A DNA stretch of 64,000 nt from a virus (lineage: Duplodnaviria > Heunggongvirae > Uroviricota > Caudoviricetes), in IMG/VR virus record IMGVR_UViG_2897328257_000003; one strand, written 5' to 3'. Position 1 is the stretch's first letter; each line of letters opens with the position of its first letter. The notes below the pieces were generated by a model. That model had not been told where the DNA came from and did not search any database. It saw only the letters and a list, made by a program, of their open reading frames with translations. Positions 17,501 through 29,500 of this stretch are shown piece after piece. A program made the position numbers and the translations under genes.

Positions 17501-20500
17501 NNNNNNNNNNNNNNNNNNNNNNNNNNNNNNNNNNNNNNNNNNNNNNNNNNNNNNNNNNNNNNNNNNNNNNNNNNNNNNNNNNNNNNNNNNNNNNNNNNNN
17601 NNNNNNNNNNNNNNNNNNNNNNNNNNNNNNNNNNNNNNNNNNNNNNNNNNNNNNNNNNNNNNNNNNNNNNNNNNNNNNNNNNNNNNNNNNNNNNNNNNNN
17701 NNNNNNNNNNNNNNNNNNNNNNNNNNNNNNNNNNNNNNNNNNNNNNNNNNNNNNNNNNNNNNNNNNNNNNNNNNNNNNNNNNNNNNNNNNNNNNNNNNNN
17801 NNNNNNNNNNNNNNNNNNNNNNNNNNNNNNNNNNNNNNNNNNNNNNNNNNNNNNNNNNNNNNNNNNNNNNNNNNNNNNNNNNNNNNNNNNNNNNNNNNNN
17901 NNNNNNNNNNNNNNNNNNNNNNNNNNNNNNNNNNNNNNNNNNNNNNNNNNNNNNNNNNNNNNNNNNNNNNNNNNNNNNNNNNNNNNNNNNNNNNNNNNNN
18001 NNNNNNNNNNNNNNNNNNNNNNNNNNNNNNNNNNNNNNNNNNNNNNNNNNNNNNNNNNNNNNNNNNNNNNNNNNNNNNNNNNNNNNNNNNNNNNNNNNNN
18101 NNNNNNNNNNNNNNNNNNNNNNNNNNNNNNNNNNNNNNNNNNNNNNNNNNNNNNNNNNNNNNNNNNNNNNNNNNNNNNNNNNNNNNNNNNNNNNNNNNNN
18201 NNNNNNNNNNNNNNNNNNNNNNNNNNNNNNNNNNNNNNNNNNNNNNNNNNNNNNNNNNNNNNNNNNNNNNNNNNNNNNNNNNNNNNNNNNNNNNNNNNNN
18301 NNNNNNNNNNNNNNNNNNNNNNNNNNNNNNNNNNNNNNNNNNNNNNNNNNNNNNNNNNNNNNNNNNNNNNNNNNNNNNNNNNNNNNNNNNNNNNNNNNNN
18401 NNNNNNNNNNNNNNNNNNNNNNNNNNNNNNNNNNNNNNNNNNNNNNNNNNNNNNNNNNNNNNNNNNNNNNNNNNNNNNNNNNNNNNNNNNNNNNNNNNNN
18501 NNNNNNNNNNNNNNNNNNNNNNNNNNNNNNNNNNNNNNNNNNNNNNNNNNNNNNNNNNNNNNNNNNNNNNNNNNNNNNNNNNNNNNNNNNNNNNNNNNNN
18601 NNNNNNNNNNNNNNNNNNNNNNNNNNNNNNNNNNNNNNNNNNNNNNNNNNNNNNNNNNNNNNNNNNNNNNNNNNNNNNNNNNNNNNNNNNNNNNNNNNNN
18701 NNNNNNNNNNNNNNNNNNNNNNNNNNNNNNNNNNNNNNNNNNNNNNNNNNNNNNNNNNNNNNNNNNNNNNNNNNNNNNNNNNNNNNNNNNNNNNNNNNNN
18801 NNNNNNNNNNNNNNNNNNNNNNNNNNNNNNNNNNNNNNNNNNNNNNNNNNNNNNNNNNNNNNNNNNNNNNNNNNNNNNNNNNNNNNNNNNNNNNNNNNNN
18901 NNNNNNNNNNNNNNNNNNNNNNNNNNNNNNNNNNNNNNNNNNNNNNNNNNNNNNNNNNNNNNNNNNNNNNNNNNNNNNNNNNNNNNNNNNNNNNNNNNNN
19001 NNNNNNNNNNNNNNNNNNNNNNNNNNNNNNNNNNNNNNNNNNNNNNNNNNNNNNNNNNNNNNNNNNNNNNNNNNNNNNNNNNNNNNNNNNNNNNNNNNNN
19101 NNNNNNNNNNNNNNNNNNNNNNNNNNNNNNNNNNNNNNNNNNNNNNNNNNNNNNNNNNNNNNNNNNNNNNNNNNNNNNNNNNNNNNNNNNNNNNNNNNNN
19201 NNNNNNNNNNNNNNNNNNNNNNNNNNNNNNNNNNNNNNNNNNNNNNNNNNNNNNNNNNNNNNNNNNNNNNNNNNNNNNNNNNNNNNNNNNNNNNNNNNNN
19301 NNNNNNNNNNNNNNNNNNNNNNNNNNNNNNNNNNNNNNNNNNNNNNNNNNNNNNNNNNNNNNNNNNNNNNNNNNNNNNNNNNNNNNNNNNNNNNNNNNNN
19401 NNNNNNNNNNNNNNNNNNNNNNNNNNNNNNNNNNNNNNNNNNNNNNNNNNNNNNNNNNNNNNNNNNNNNNNNNNNNNNNNNNNNNNNNNNNNNNNNNNNN
19501 NNNNNNNNNNNNNNNNNNNNNNNNNNNNNNNNNNNNNNNNNNNNNNNNNNNNNNNNNNNNNNNNNNNNNNNNNNNNNNNNNNNNNNNNNNNNNNNNNNNN
19601 NNNNNNNNNNNNNNNNNNNNNNNNNNNNNNNNNNNNNNNNNNNNNNNNNNNNNNNNNNNNNNNNNNNNNNNNNNNNNNNNNNNNNNNNNNNNNNNNNNNN
19701 NNNNNNNNNNNNNNNNNNNNNNNNNNNNNNNNNNNNNNNNNNNNNNNNNNNNNNNNNNNNNNNNNNNNNNNNNNNNNNNNNNNNNNNNNNNNNNNNNNNN
19801 NNNNNNNNNNNNNNNNNNNNNNNNNNNNNNNNNNNNNNNNNNNNNNNNNNNNNNNNNNNNNNNNNNNNNNNNNNNNNNNNNNNNNNNNNNNNNNNNNNNN
19901 NNNNNNNNNNNNNNNNNNNNNNNNNNNNNNNNNNNNNNNNNNNNNNNNNNNNNNNNNNNNNNNNNNNNNNNNNNNNNNNNNNNNNNNNNNNNNNNNNNNN
20001 NNNNNNNNNNNNNNNNNNNNNNNNNNNNNNNNNNNNNNNNNNNNNNNNNNNNNNNNNNNNNNNNNNNNNNNNNNNNNNNNNNNNNNNNNNNNNNNNNNNN
20101 NNNNNNNNNNNNNNNNNNNNNNNNNNNNNNNNNNNNNNNNNNNNNNNNNNNNNNNNNNNNNNNNNNNNNNNNNNNNNNNNNNNNNNNNNNNNNNNNNNNN
20201 NNNNNNNNNNNNNNNNNNNNNNNNNNNNNNNNNNNNNNNNNNNNNNNNNNNNNNNNNNNNNNNNNNNNNNNNNNNNNNNNNNNNNNNNNNNNNNNNNNNN
20301 NNNNNNNNNNNNNNNNNNNNNNNNNNNNNNNNNNNNNNNNNNNNNNNNNNNNNNNNNNNNNNNNNNNNNNNNNNNNNNNNNNNNNNNNNNNNNNNNNNNN
20401 NNNNNNNNNNNNNNNNNNNNNNNNNNNNNNNNNNNNNNNNNNNNNNNNNNNNNNNNNNNNNNNNNNNNNNNNNNNNNNNNNNNNNNNNNNNNNNNNNNNN

Positions 20501-23500
20501 NNNNNNNNNNNNNNNNNNNNNNNNNNNNNNNNNNNNNNNNNNNNNNNNNNNNNNNNNNNNNNNNNNNNNNNNNNNNNNNNNNNNNNNNNNNNNNNNNNNN
20601 NNNNNNNNNNNNNNNNNNNNNNNNNNNNNNNNNNNNNNNNNNNNNNNNNNNNNNNNNNNNNNNNNNNNNNNNNNNNNNNNNNNNNNNNNNNNNNNNNNNN
20701 NNNNNNNNNNNNNNNNNNNNNNNNNNNNNNNNNNNNNNNNNNNNNNNNNNNNNNNNNNNNNNNNNNNNNNNNNNNNNNNNNNNNNNNNNNNNNNNNNNNN
20801 NNNNNNNNNNNNNNNNNNNNNNNNNNNNNNNNNNNNNNNNNNNNNNNNNNNNNNNNNNNNNNNNNNNNNNNNNNNNNNNNNNNNNNNNNNNNNNNNNNNN
20901 NNNNNNNNNNNNNNNNNNNNNNNNNNNNNNNNNNNNNNNNNNNNNNNNNNNNNNNNNNNNNNNNNNNNNNNNNNNNNNNNNNNNNNNNNNNNNNNNNNNN
21001 NNNNNNNNNNNNNNNNNNNNNNNNNNNNNNNNNNNNNNNNNNNNNNNNNNNNNNNNNNNNNNNNNNNNNNNNNNNNNNNNNNNNNNNNNNNNNNNNNNNN
21101 NNNNNNNNNNNNNNNNNNNNNNNNNNNNNNNNNNNNNNNNNNNNNNNNNNNNNNNNNNNNNNNNNNNNNNNNNNNNNNNNNNNNNNNNNNNNNNNNNNNN
21201 NNNNNNNNNNNNNNNNNNNNNNNNNNNNNNNNNNNNNNNNNNNNNNNNNNNNNNNNNNNNNNNNNNNNNNNNNNNNNNNNNNNNNNNNNNNNNNNNNNNN
21301 NNNNNNNNNNNNNNNNNNNNNNNNNNNNNNNNNNNNNNNNNNNNNNNNNNNNNNNNNNNNNNNNNNNNNNNNNNNNNNNNNNNNNNNNNNNNNNNNNNNN
21401 NNNNNNNNNNNNNNNNNNNNNNNNNNNNNNNNNNNNNNNNNNNNNNNNNNNNNNNNNNNNNNNNNNNNNNNNNNNNNNNNNNNNNNNNNNNNNNNNNNNN
21501 NNNNNNNNNNNNNNNNNNNNNNNNNNNNNNNNNNNNNNNNNNNNNNNNNNNNNNNNNNNNNNNNNNNNNNNNNNNNNNNNNNNNNNNNNNNNNNNNNNNN
21601 NNNNNNNNNNNNNNNNNNNNNNNNNNNNNNNNNNNNNNNNNNNNNNNNNNNNNNNNNNNNNNNNNNNNNNNNNNNNNNNNNNNNNNNNNNNNNNNNNNNN
21701 NNNNNNNNNNNNNNNNNNNNNNNNNNNNNNNNNNNNNNNNNNNNNNNNNNNNNNNNNNNNNNNNNNNNNNNNNNNNNNNNNNNNNNNNNNNNNNNNNNNN
21801 NNNNNNNNNNNNNNNNNNNNNNNNNNNNNNNNNNNNNNNNNNNNNNNNNNNNNNNNNNNNNNNNNNNNNNNNNNNNNNNNNNNNNNNNNNNNNNNNNNNN
21901 NNNNNNNNNNNNNNNNNNNNNNNNNNNNNNNNNNNNNNNNNNNNNNNNNNNNNNNNNNNNNNNNNNNNNNNNNNNNNNNNNNNNNNNNNNNNNNNNNNNN
22001 NNNNNNNNNNNNNNNNNNNNNNNNNNNNNNNNNNNNNNNNNNNNNNNNNNNNNNNNNNNNNNNNNNNNNNNNNNNNNNNNNNNNNNNNNNNNNNNNNNNN
22101 NNNNNNNNNNNNNNNNNNNNNNNNNNNNNNNNNNNNNNNNNNNNNNNNNNNNNNNNNNNNNNNNNNNNNNNNNNNNNNNNNNNNNNNNNNNNNNNNNNNN
22201 NNNNNNNNNNNNNNNNNNNNNNNNNNNNNNNNNNNNNNNNNNNNNNNNNNNNNNNNNNNNNNNNNNNNNNNNNNNNNNNNNNNNNNNNNNNNNNNNNNNN
22301 NNNNNNNNNNNNNNNNNNNNNNNNNNNNNNNNNNNNNNNNNNNNNNNNNNNNNNNNNNNNNNNNNNNNNNNNNNNNNNNNNNNNNNNNNNNNNNNNNNNN
22401 NNNNNNNNNNNNNNNNNNNNNNNNNNNNNNNNNNNNNNNNNNNNNNNNNNNNNNNNNNNNNNNNNNNNNNNNNNNNNNNNNNNNNNNNNNNNNNNNNNNN
22501 NNNNNNNNNNNNNNNNNNNNNNNNNNNNNNNNNNNNNNNNNNNNNNNNNNNNNNNNNNNNNNNNNNNNNNNNNNNNNNNNNNNNNNNNNNNNNNNNNNNN
22601 NNNNNNNNNNNNNNNNNNNNNNNNNNNNNNNNNNNNNNNNNNNNNNNNNNNNNNNNNNNNNNNNNNNNNNNNNNNNNNNNNNNNNNNNNNNNNNNNNNNN
22701 NNNNNNNNNNNNNNNNNNNNNNNNNNNNNNNNNNNNNNNNNNNNNNNNNNNNNNNNNNNNNNNNNNNNNNNNNNNNNNNNNNNNNNNNNNNNNNNNNNNN
22801 NNNNNNNNNNNNNNNNNNNNNNNNNNNNNNNNNNNNNNNNNNNNNNNNNNNNNNNNNNNNNNNNNNNNNNNNNNNNNNNNNNNNNNNNNNNNNNNNNNNN
22901 NNNNNNNNNNNNNNNNNNNNNNNNNNNNNNNNNNNNNNNNNNNNNNNNNNNNNNNNNNNNNNNNNNNNNNNNNNNNNNNNNNNNNNNNNNNNNNNNNNNN
23001 NNNNNNNNNNNNNNNNNNNNNNNNNNNNNNNNNNNNNNNNNNNNNNNNNNNNNNNNNNNNNNNNNNNNNNNNNNNNNNNNNNNNNNNNNNNNNNNNNNNN
23101 NNNNNNNNNNNNNNNNNNNNNNNNNNNNNNNNNNNNNNNNNNNNNNNNNNNNNNNNNNNNNNNNNNNNNNNNNNNNNNNNNNNNNNNNNNNNNNNNNNNN
23201 NNNNNNNNNNNNNNNNNNNNNNNNNNNNNNNNNNNNNNNNNNNNNNNNNNNNNNNNNNNNNNNNNNNNNNNNNNNNNNNNNNNNNNNNNNNNNNNNNNNN
23301 NNNNNNNNNNNNNNNNNNNNNNNNNNNNNNNNNNNNNNNNNNNNNNNNNNNNNNNNNNNNNNNNNNNNNNNNNNNNNNNNNNNNNNNNNNNNNNNNNNNN
23401 NNNNNNNNNNNNNNNNNNNNNNNNNNNNNNNNNNNNNNNNNNNNNNNNNNNNNNNNNNNNNNNNNNNNNNNNNNNNNNNNNNNNNNNNNNNNNNNNNNNN

Positions 23501-26500
23501 NNNNNNNNNNNNNNNNNNNNNNNNNNNNNNNNNNNNNNNNNNNNNNNNNNNNNNNNNNNNNNNNNNNNNNNNNNNNNNNNNNNNNNNNNNNNNNNNNNNN
23601 NNNNNNNNNNNNNNNNNNNNNNNNNNNNNNNNNNNNNNNNNNNNNNNNNNNNNNNNNNNNNNNNNNNNNNNNNNNNNNNNNNNNNNNNNNNNNNNNNNNN
23701 NNNNNNNNNNNNNNNNNNNNNNNNNNNNNNNNNNNNNNNNNNNNNNNNNNNNNNNNNNNNNNNNNNNNNNNNNNNNNNNNNNNNNNNNNNNNNNNNNNNN
23801 NNNNNNNNNNNNNNNNNNNNNNNNNNNNNNNNNNNNNNNNNNNNNNNNNNNNNNNNNNNNNNNNNNNNNNNNNNNNNNNNNNNNNNNNNNNNNNNNNNNN
23901 NNNNNNNNNNNNNNNNNNNNNNNNNNNNNNNNNNNNNNNNNNNNNNNNNNNNNNNNNNNNNNNNNNNNNNNNNNNNNNNNNNNNNNNNNNNNNNNNNNNN
24001 NNNNNNNNNNNNNNNNNNNNNNNNNNNNNNNNNNNNNNNNNNNNNNNNNNNNNNNNNNNNNNNNNNNNNNNNNNNNNNNNNNNNNNNNNNNNNNNNNNNN
24101 NNNNNNNNNNNNNNNNNNNNNNNNNNNNNNNNNNNNNNNNNNNNNNNNNNNNNNNNNNNNNNNNNNNNNNNNNNNNNNNNNNNNNNNNNNNNNNNNNNNN
24201 NNNNNNNNNNNNNNNNNNNNNNNNNNNNNNNNNNNNNNNNNNNNNNNNNNNNNNNNNNNNNNNNNNNNNNNNNNNNNNNNNNNNNNNNNNNNNNNNNNNN
24301 NNNNNNNNNNNNNNNNNNNNNNNNNNNNNNNNNNNNNNNNNNNNNNNNNNNNNNNNNNNNNNNNNNNNNNNNNNNNNNNNNNNNNNNNNNNNNNNNNNNN
24401 NNNNNNNNNNNNNNNNNNNNNNNNNNNNNNNNNNNNNNNNNNNNNNNNNNNNNNNNNNNNNNNNNNNNNNNNNNNNNNNNNNNNNNNNNNNNNNNNNNNN
24501 NNNNNNNNNNNNNNNNNNNNNNNNNNNNNNNNNNNNNNNNNNNNNNNNNNNNNNNNNNNNNNNNNNNNNNNNNNNNNNNNNNNNNNNNNNNNNNNNNNNN
24601 NNNNNNNNNNNNNNNNNNNNNNNNNNNNNNNNNNNNNNNNNNNNNNNNNNNNNNNNNNNNNNNNNNNNNNNNNNNNNNNNNNNNNNNNNNNNNNNNNNNN
24701 NNNNNNNNNNNNNNNNNNNNNNNNNNNNNNNNNNNNNNNNNNNNNNNNNNNNNNNNNNNNNNNNNNNNNNNNNNNNNNNNNNNNNNNNNNNNNNNNNNNN
24801 NNNNNNNNNNNNNNNNNNNNNNNNNNNNNNNNNNNNNNNNNNNNNNNNNNNNNNNNNNNNNNNNNNNNNNNNNNNNNNNNNNNNNNNNNNNNNNNNNNNN
24901 NNNNNNNNNNNNNNNNNNNNNNNNNNNNNNNNNNNNNNNNNNNNNNNNNNNNNNNNNNNNNNNNNNNNNNNNNNNNNNNNNNNNNNNNNNNNNNNNNNNN
25001 NNNNNNNNNNNNNNNNNNNNNNNNNNNNNNNNNNNNNNNNNNNNNNNNNNNNNNNNNNNNNNNNNNNNNNNNNNNNNNNNNNNNNNNNNNNNNNNNNNNN
25101 NNNNNNNNNNNNNNNNNNNNNNNNNNNNNNNNNNNNNNNNNNNNNNNNNNNNNNNNNNNNNNNNNNNNNNNNNNNNNNNNNNNNNNNNNNNNNNNNNNNN
25201 NNNNNNNNNNNNNNNNNNNNNNNNNNNNNNNNNNNNNNNNNNNNNNNNNNNNNNNNNNNNNNNNNNNNNNNNNNNNNNNNNNNNNNNNNNNNNNNNNNNN
25301 NNNNNNNNNNNNNNNNNNNNNNNNNNNNNNNNNNNNNNNNNNNNNNNNNNNNNNNNNNNNNNNNNNNNNNNNNNNNNNNNNNNNNNNNNNNNNNNNNNNN
25401 NNNNNNNNNNNNNNNNNNNNNNNNNNNNNNNNNNNNNNNNNNNNNNNNNNNNNNNNNNNNNNNNNNNNNNNNNNNNNNNNNNNNNNNNNNNNNNNNNNNN
25501 NNNNNNNNNNNNNNNNNNNNNNNNNNNNNNNNNNNNNNNNNNNNNNNNNNNNNNNNNNNNNNNNNNNNNNNNNNNNNNNNNNNNNNNNNNNNNNNNNNNN
25601 NNNNNNNNNNNNNNNNNNNNNNNNNNNNNNNNNNNNNNNNNNNNNNNNNNNNNNNNNNNNNNNNNNNNNNNNNNNNNNNNNNNNNNNNNNNNNNNNNNNN
25701 NNNNNNNNNNNNNNNNNNNNNNNNNNNNNNNNNNNNNNNNNNNNNNNNNNNNNNNNNNNNNNNNNNNNNNNNNNNNNNNNNNNNNNNNNNNNNNNNNNNN
25801 NNNNNNNNNNNNNNNNNNNNNNNNNNNNNNNNNNNNNNNNNNNNNNNNNNNNNNNNNNNNNNNNNNNNNNNNNNNNNNNNNNNNNNNNNNNNNNNNNNNN
25901 NNNNNNNNNNNNNNNNNNNNNNNNNNNNNNNNNNNNNNNNNNNNNNNNNNNNNNNNNNNNNNNNNNNNNNNNNNNNNNNNNNNNNNNNNNNNNNNNNNNN
26001 NNNNNNNNNNNNNNNNNNNNNNNNNNNNNNNNNNNNNNNNNNNNNNNNNNNNNNNNNNNNNNNNNNNNNNNNNNNNNNNNNNNNNNNNNNNNNNNNNNNN
26101 NNNNNNNNNNNNNNNNNNNNNNNNNNNNNNNNNNNNNNNNNNNNNNNNNNNNNNNNNNNNNNNNNNNNNNNNNNNNNNNNNNNNNNNNNNNNNNNNNNNN
26201 NNNNNNNNNNNNNNNNNNNNNNNNNNNNNNNNNNNNNNNNNNNNNNNNNNNNNNNNNNNNNNNNNNNNNNNNNNNNNNNNNNNNNNNNNNNNNNNNNNNN
26301 NNNNNNNNNNNNNNNNNNNNNNNNNNNNNNNNNNNNNNNNNNNNNNNNNNNNNNNNNNNNNNNNNNNNNNNNNNNNNNNNNNNNNNNNNNNNNNNNNNNN
26401 NNNNNNNNNNNNNNNNNNNNNNNNNNNNNNNNNNNNNNNNNNNNNNNNNNNNNNNNNNNNNNNNNNNNNNNNNNNNNNNNNNNNNNNNNNNNNNNNNNNN

Positions 26501-29500
26501 NNNNNNNNNNNNNNNNNNNNNNNNNNNNNNNNNNNNNNNNNNNNNNNNNNNNNNNNNNNNNNNNNNNNNNNNNNNNNNNNNNNNNNNNNNNNNNNNNNNN
26601 NNNNNNNNNNNNNNNNNNNNNNNNNNNNNNNNNNNNNNNNNNNNNNNNNNNNNNNNNNNNNNNNNNNNNNNNNNNNNNNNNNNNNNNNNNNNNNNNNNNN
26701 NNNNNNNNNNNNNNNNNNNNNNNNNNNNNNNNNNNNNNNNNNNNNNNNNNNNNNNNNNNNNNNNNNNNNNNNNNNNNNNNNNNNNNNNNNNNNNNNNNNN
26801 NNNNNNNNNNNNNNNNNNNNNNNNNNNNNNNNNNNNNNNNNNNNNNNNNNNNNNNNNNNNNNNNNNNNNNNNNNNNNNNNNNNNNNNNNNNNNNNNNNNN
26901 NNNNNNNNNNNNNNNNNNNNNNNNNNNNNNNNNNNNNNNNNNNNNNNNNNNNNNNNNNNNNNNNNNNNNNNNNNNNNNNNNNNNNNNNNNNNNNNNNNNN
27001 NNNNNNNNNNNNNNNNNNNNNNNNNNNNNNNNNNNNNNNNNNNNNNNNNNNNNNNNNNNNNNNNNNNNNNNNNNNNNNNNNNNNNNNNNNNNNNNNNNNN
27101 NNNNNNNNNNNNNNNNNNNNNNNNNNNNNNNNNNNNNNNNNNNNNNNNNNNNNNNNNNNNNNNNNNNNNNNNNNNNNNNNNNNNNNNNNNNNNNNNNNNN
27201 NNNNNNNNNNNNNNNNNNNNNNNNNNNNNNNNNNNNNNNNNNNNNNNNNNNNNNNNNNNNNNNNNNNNNNNNNNNNNNNNNNNNNNNNNNNNNNNNNNNN
27301 NNNNNNNNNNNNNNNNNNNNNNNNNNNNNNNNNNNNNNNNNNNNNNNNNNNNNNNNNNNNNNNNNNNNNNNNNNNNNNNNNNNNNNNNNNNNNNNNNNNN
27401 NNNNNNNNNNNNNNNNNNNNNNNNNNNNNNNNNNNNNNNNNNNNNNNNNNNNNNNNNNNNNNNNNNNNNNNNNNNNNNNNNNNNNNNNNNNNNNNNNNNN
27501 NNNNNNNNNNNNNNNNNNNNNNNNNNNNNNNNNNNNNNNNNNNNNNNNNNNNNNNNNNNNNNNNNNNNNNNNNNNNNNNNNNNNNNNNNNNNNNNNNNNN
27601 NNNNNNNNNNNNNNNNNNNNNNNNNNNNNNNNNNNNNNNNNNNNNNNNNNNNNNNNNNNNNNNNNNNNNNNNNNNNNNNNNNNNNNNNNNNNNNNNNNNN
27701 NNNNNNNNNNNNNNNNNNNNNNNNNNNNNNNNNNNNNNNNNNNNNNNNNNNNNNNNNNNNNNNNNNNNNNNNNNNNNNNNNNNNNNNNNNNNNNNNNNNN
27801 NNNNNNNNNNNNNNNNNNNNNNNNNNNNNNNNNNNNNNNNNNNNNNNNNNNNNNNNNNNNNNNNNNNNNNNNNNNNNNNNNNNNNNNNNNNNNNNNNNNN
27901 NNNNNNNNNNNNNNNNNNNNNNNNNNNNNNNNNNNNNNNNNNNNNNNNNNNNNNNNNNNNNNNNNNNNNNNNNNNNNNNNNNNNNNNNNNNNNNNNNNNN
28001 NNNNNNNNNNNNNNNNNNNNNNNNNNNNNNNNNNNNNNNNNNNNNNNNNNNNNNNNNNNNNNNNNNNNNNNNNNNNNNNNNNNNNNNNNNNNNNNNNNNN
28101 NNNNNNNNNNNNNNNNNNNNNNNNNNNNNNNNNNNNNNNNNNNNNNNNNNNNNNNNNNNNNNNNNNNNNNNNNNNNNNNNNNNNNNNNNNNNNNNNNNNN
28201 NNNNNNNNNNNNNNNNNNNNNNNNNNNNNNNNNNNNNNNNNNNNNNNNNNNNNNNNNNNNNNNNNNNNNNNNNNNNNNNNNNNNNNNNNNNNNNNNNNNN
28301 NNNNNNNNNNNNNNNNNNNNNNNNNNNNNNNNNNNNNNNNNNNNNNNNNNNNNNNNNNNNNNNNNNNNNNNNNNNNNNNNNNNNNNNNNNNNNNNNNNNN
28401 NNNNNNNNNNNNNNNNNNNNNNNNNNNNNNNNNNNNNNNNNNNNNNNNNNNNNNNNNNNNNNNNNNNNNNNNNNNNNNNNNNNNNNNNNNNNNNNNNNNN
28501 NNNNNNNNNNNNNNNNNNNNNNNNNNNNNNNNNNNNNNNNNNNNNNNNNNNNNNNNNNNNNNNNNNNNNNNNNNNNNNNNNNNNNNNNNNNNNNNNNNNN
28601 NNNNNNNNNNNNNNNNNNNNNNNNNNNNNNNNNNNNNNNNNNNNNNNNNNNNNNNNNNNNNNNNNNNNNNNNNNNNNNNNNNNNNNNNNNNNNNNNNNNN
28701 NNNNNNNNNNNNNNNNNNNNNNNNNNNNNNNNNNNNNNNNNNNNNNNNNNNNNNNNNNNNNNNNNNNNNNNNNNNNNNNNNNNNNNNNNNNNNNNNNNNN
28801 NNNNNNNNNNNNNNNNNNNNNNNNNNNNNNNNNNNNNNNNNNNNNNNNNNNNNNNNNNNNNNNNNNNNNNNNNNNNNNNNNNNNNNNNNNNNNNNNNNNN
28901 NNNNNNNNNNNNNNNNNNNNNNNNNNNNNNNNNNNNNNNNNNNNNNNNNNNNNNNNNNNNNNNNNNNNNNNNNNNNNNNNNNNNNNNNNNNNNNNNNNNN
29001 NNNNNNNNNNNNNNNNNNNNNNNNNNNNNNNNNNNNNNNNNNNNNNNNNNNNNNNNNNNNNNNNNNNNNNNNNNNNNNNNNNNNNNNNNNNNNNNNNNNN
29101 NNNNNNNNNNNNNNNNNNNNNNNNNNNNNNNNNNNNNNNNNNNNNNNNNNNNNNNNNNNNNNNNNNNNNNNNNNNNNNNNNNNNNNNNNNNNNNNNNNNN
29201 NNNNNNNNNNNNNNNNNNNNNNNNNNNNNNNNNNNNNNNNNNNNNNNNNNNNNNNNNNNNNNNNNNNNNNNNNNNNNNNNNNNNNNNNNNNNNNNNNNNN
29301 NNNNNNNNNNNNNNNNNNNNNNNNNNNNNNNNNNNNNNNNNNNNNNNNNNNNNNNNNNNNNNNNNNNNNNNNNNNNNNNNNNNNNNNNNNNNNNNNNNNN
29401 NNNNNNNNNNNNNNNNNNNNNNNNNNNNNNNNNNNNNNNNNNNNNNNNNNNNNNNNNNNNNNNNNNNNNNNNNNNNNNNNNNNNNNNNNNNNNNNNNNNN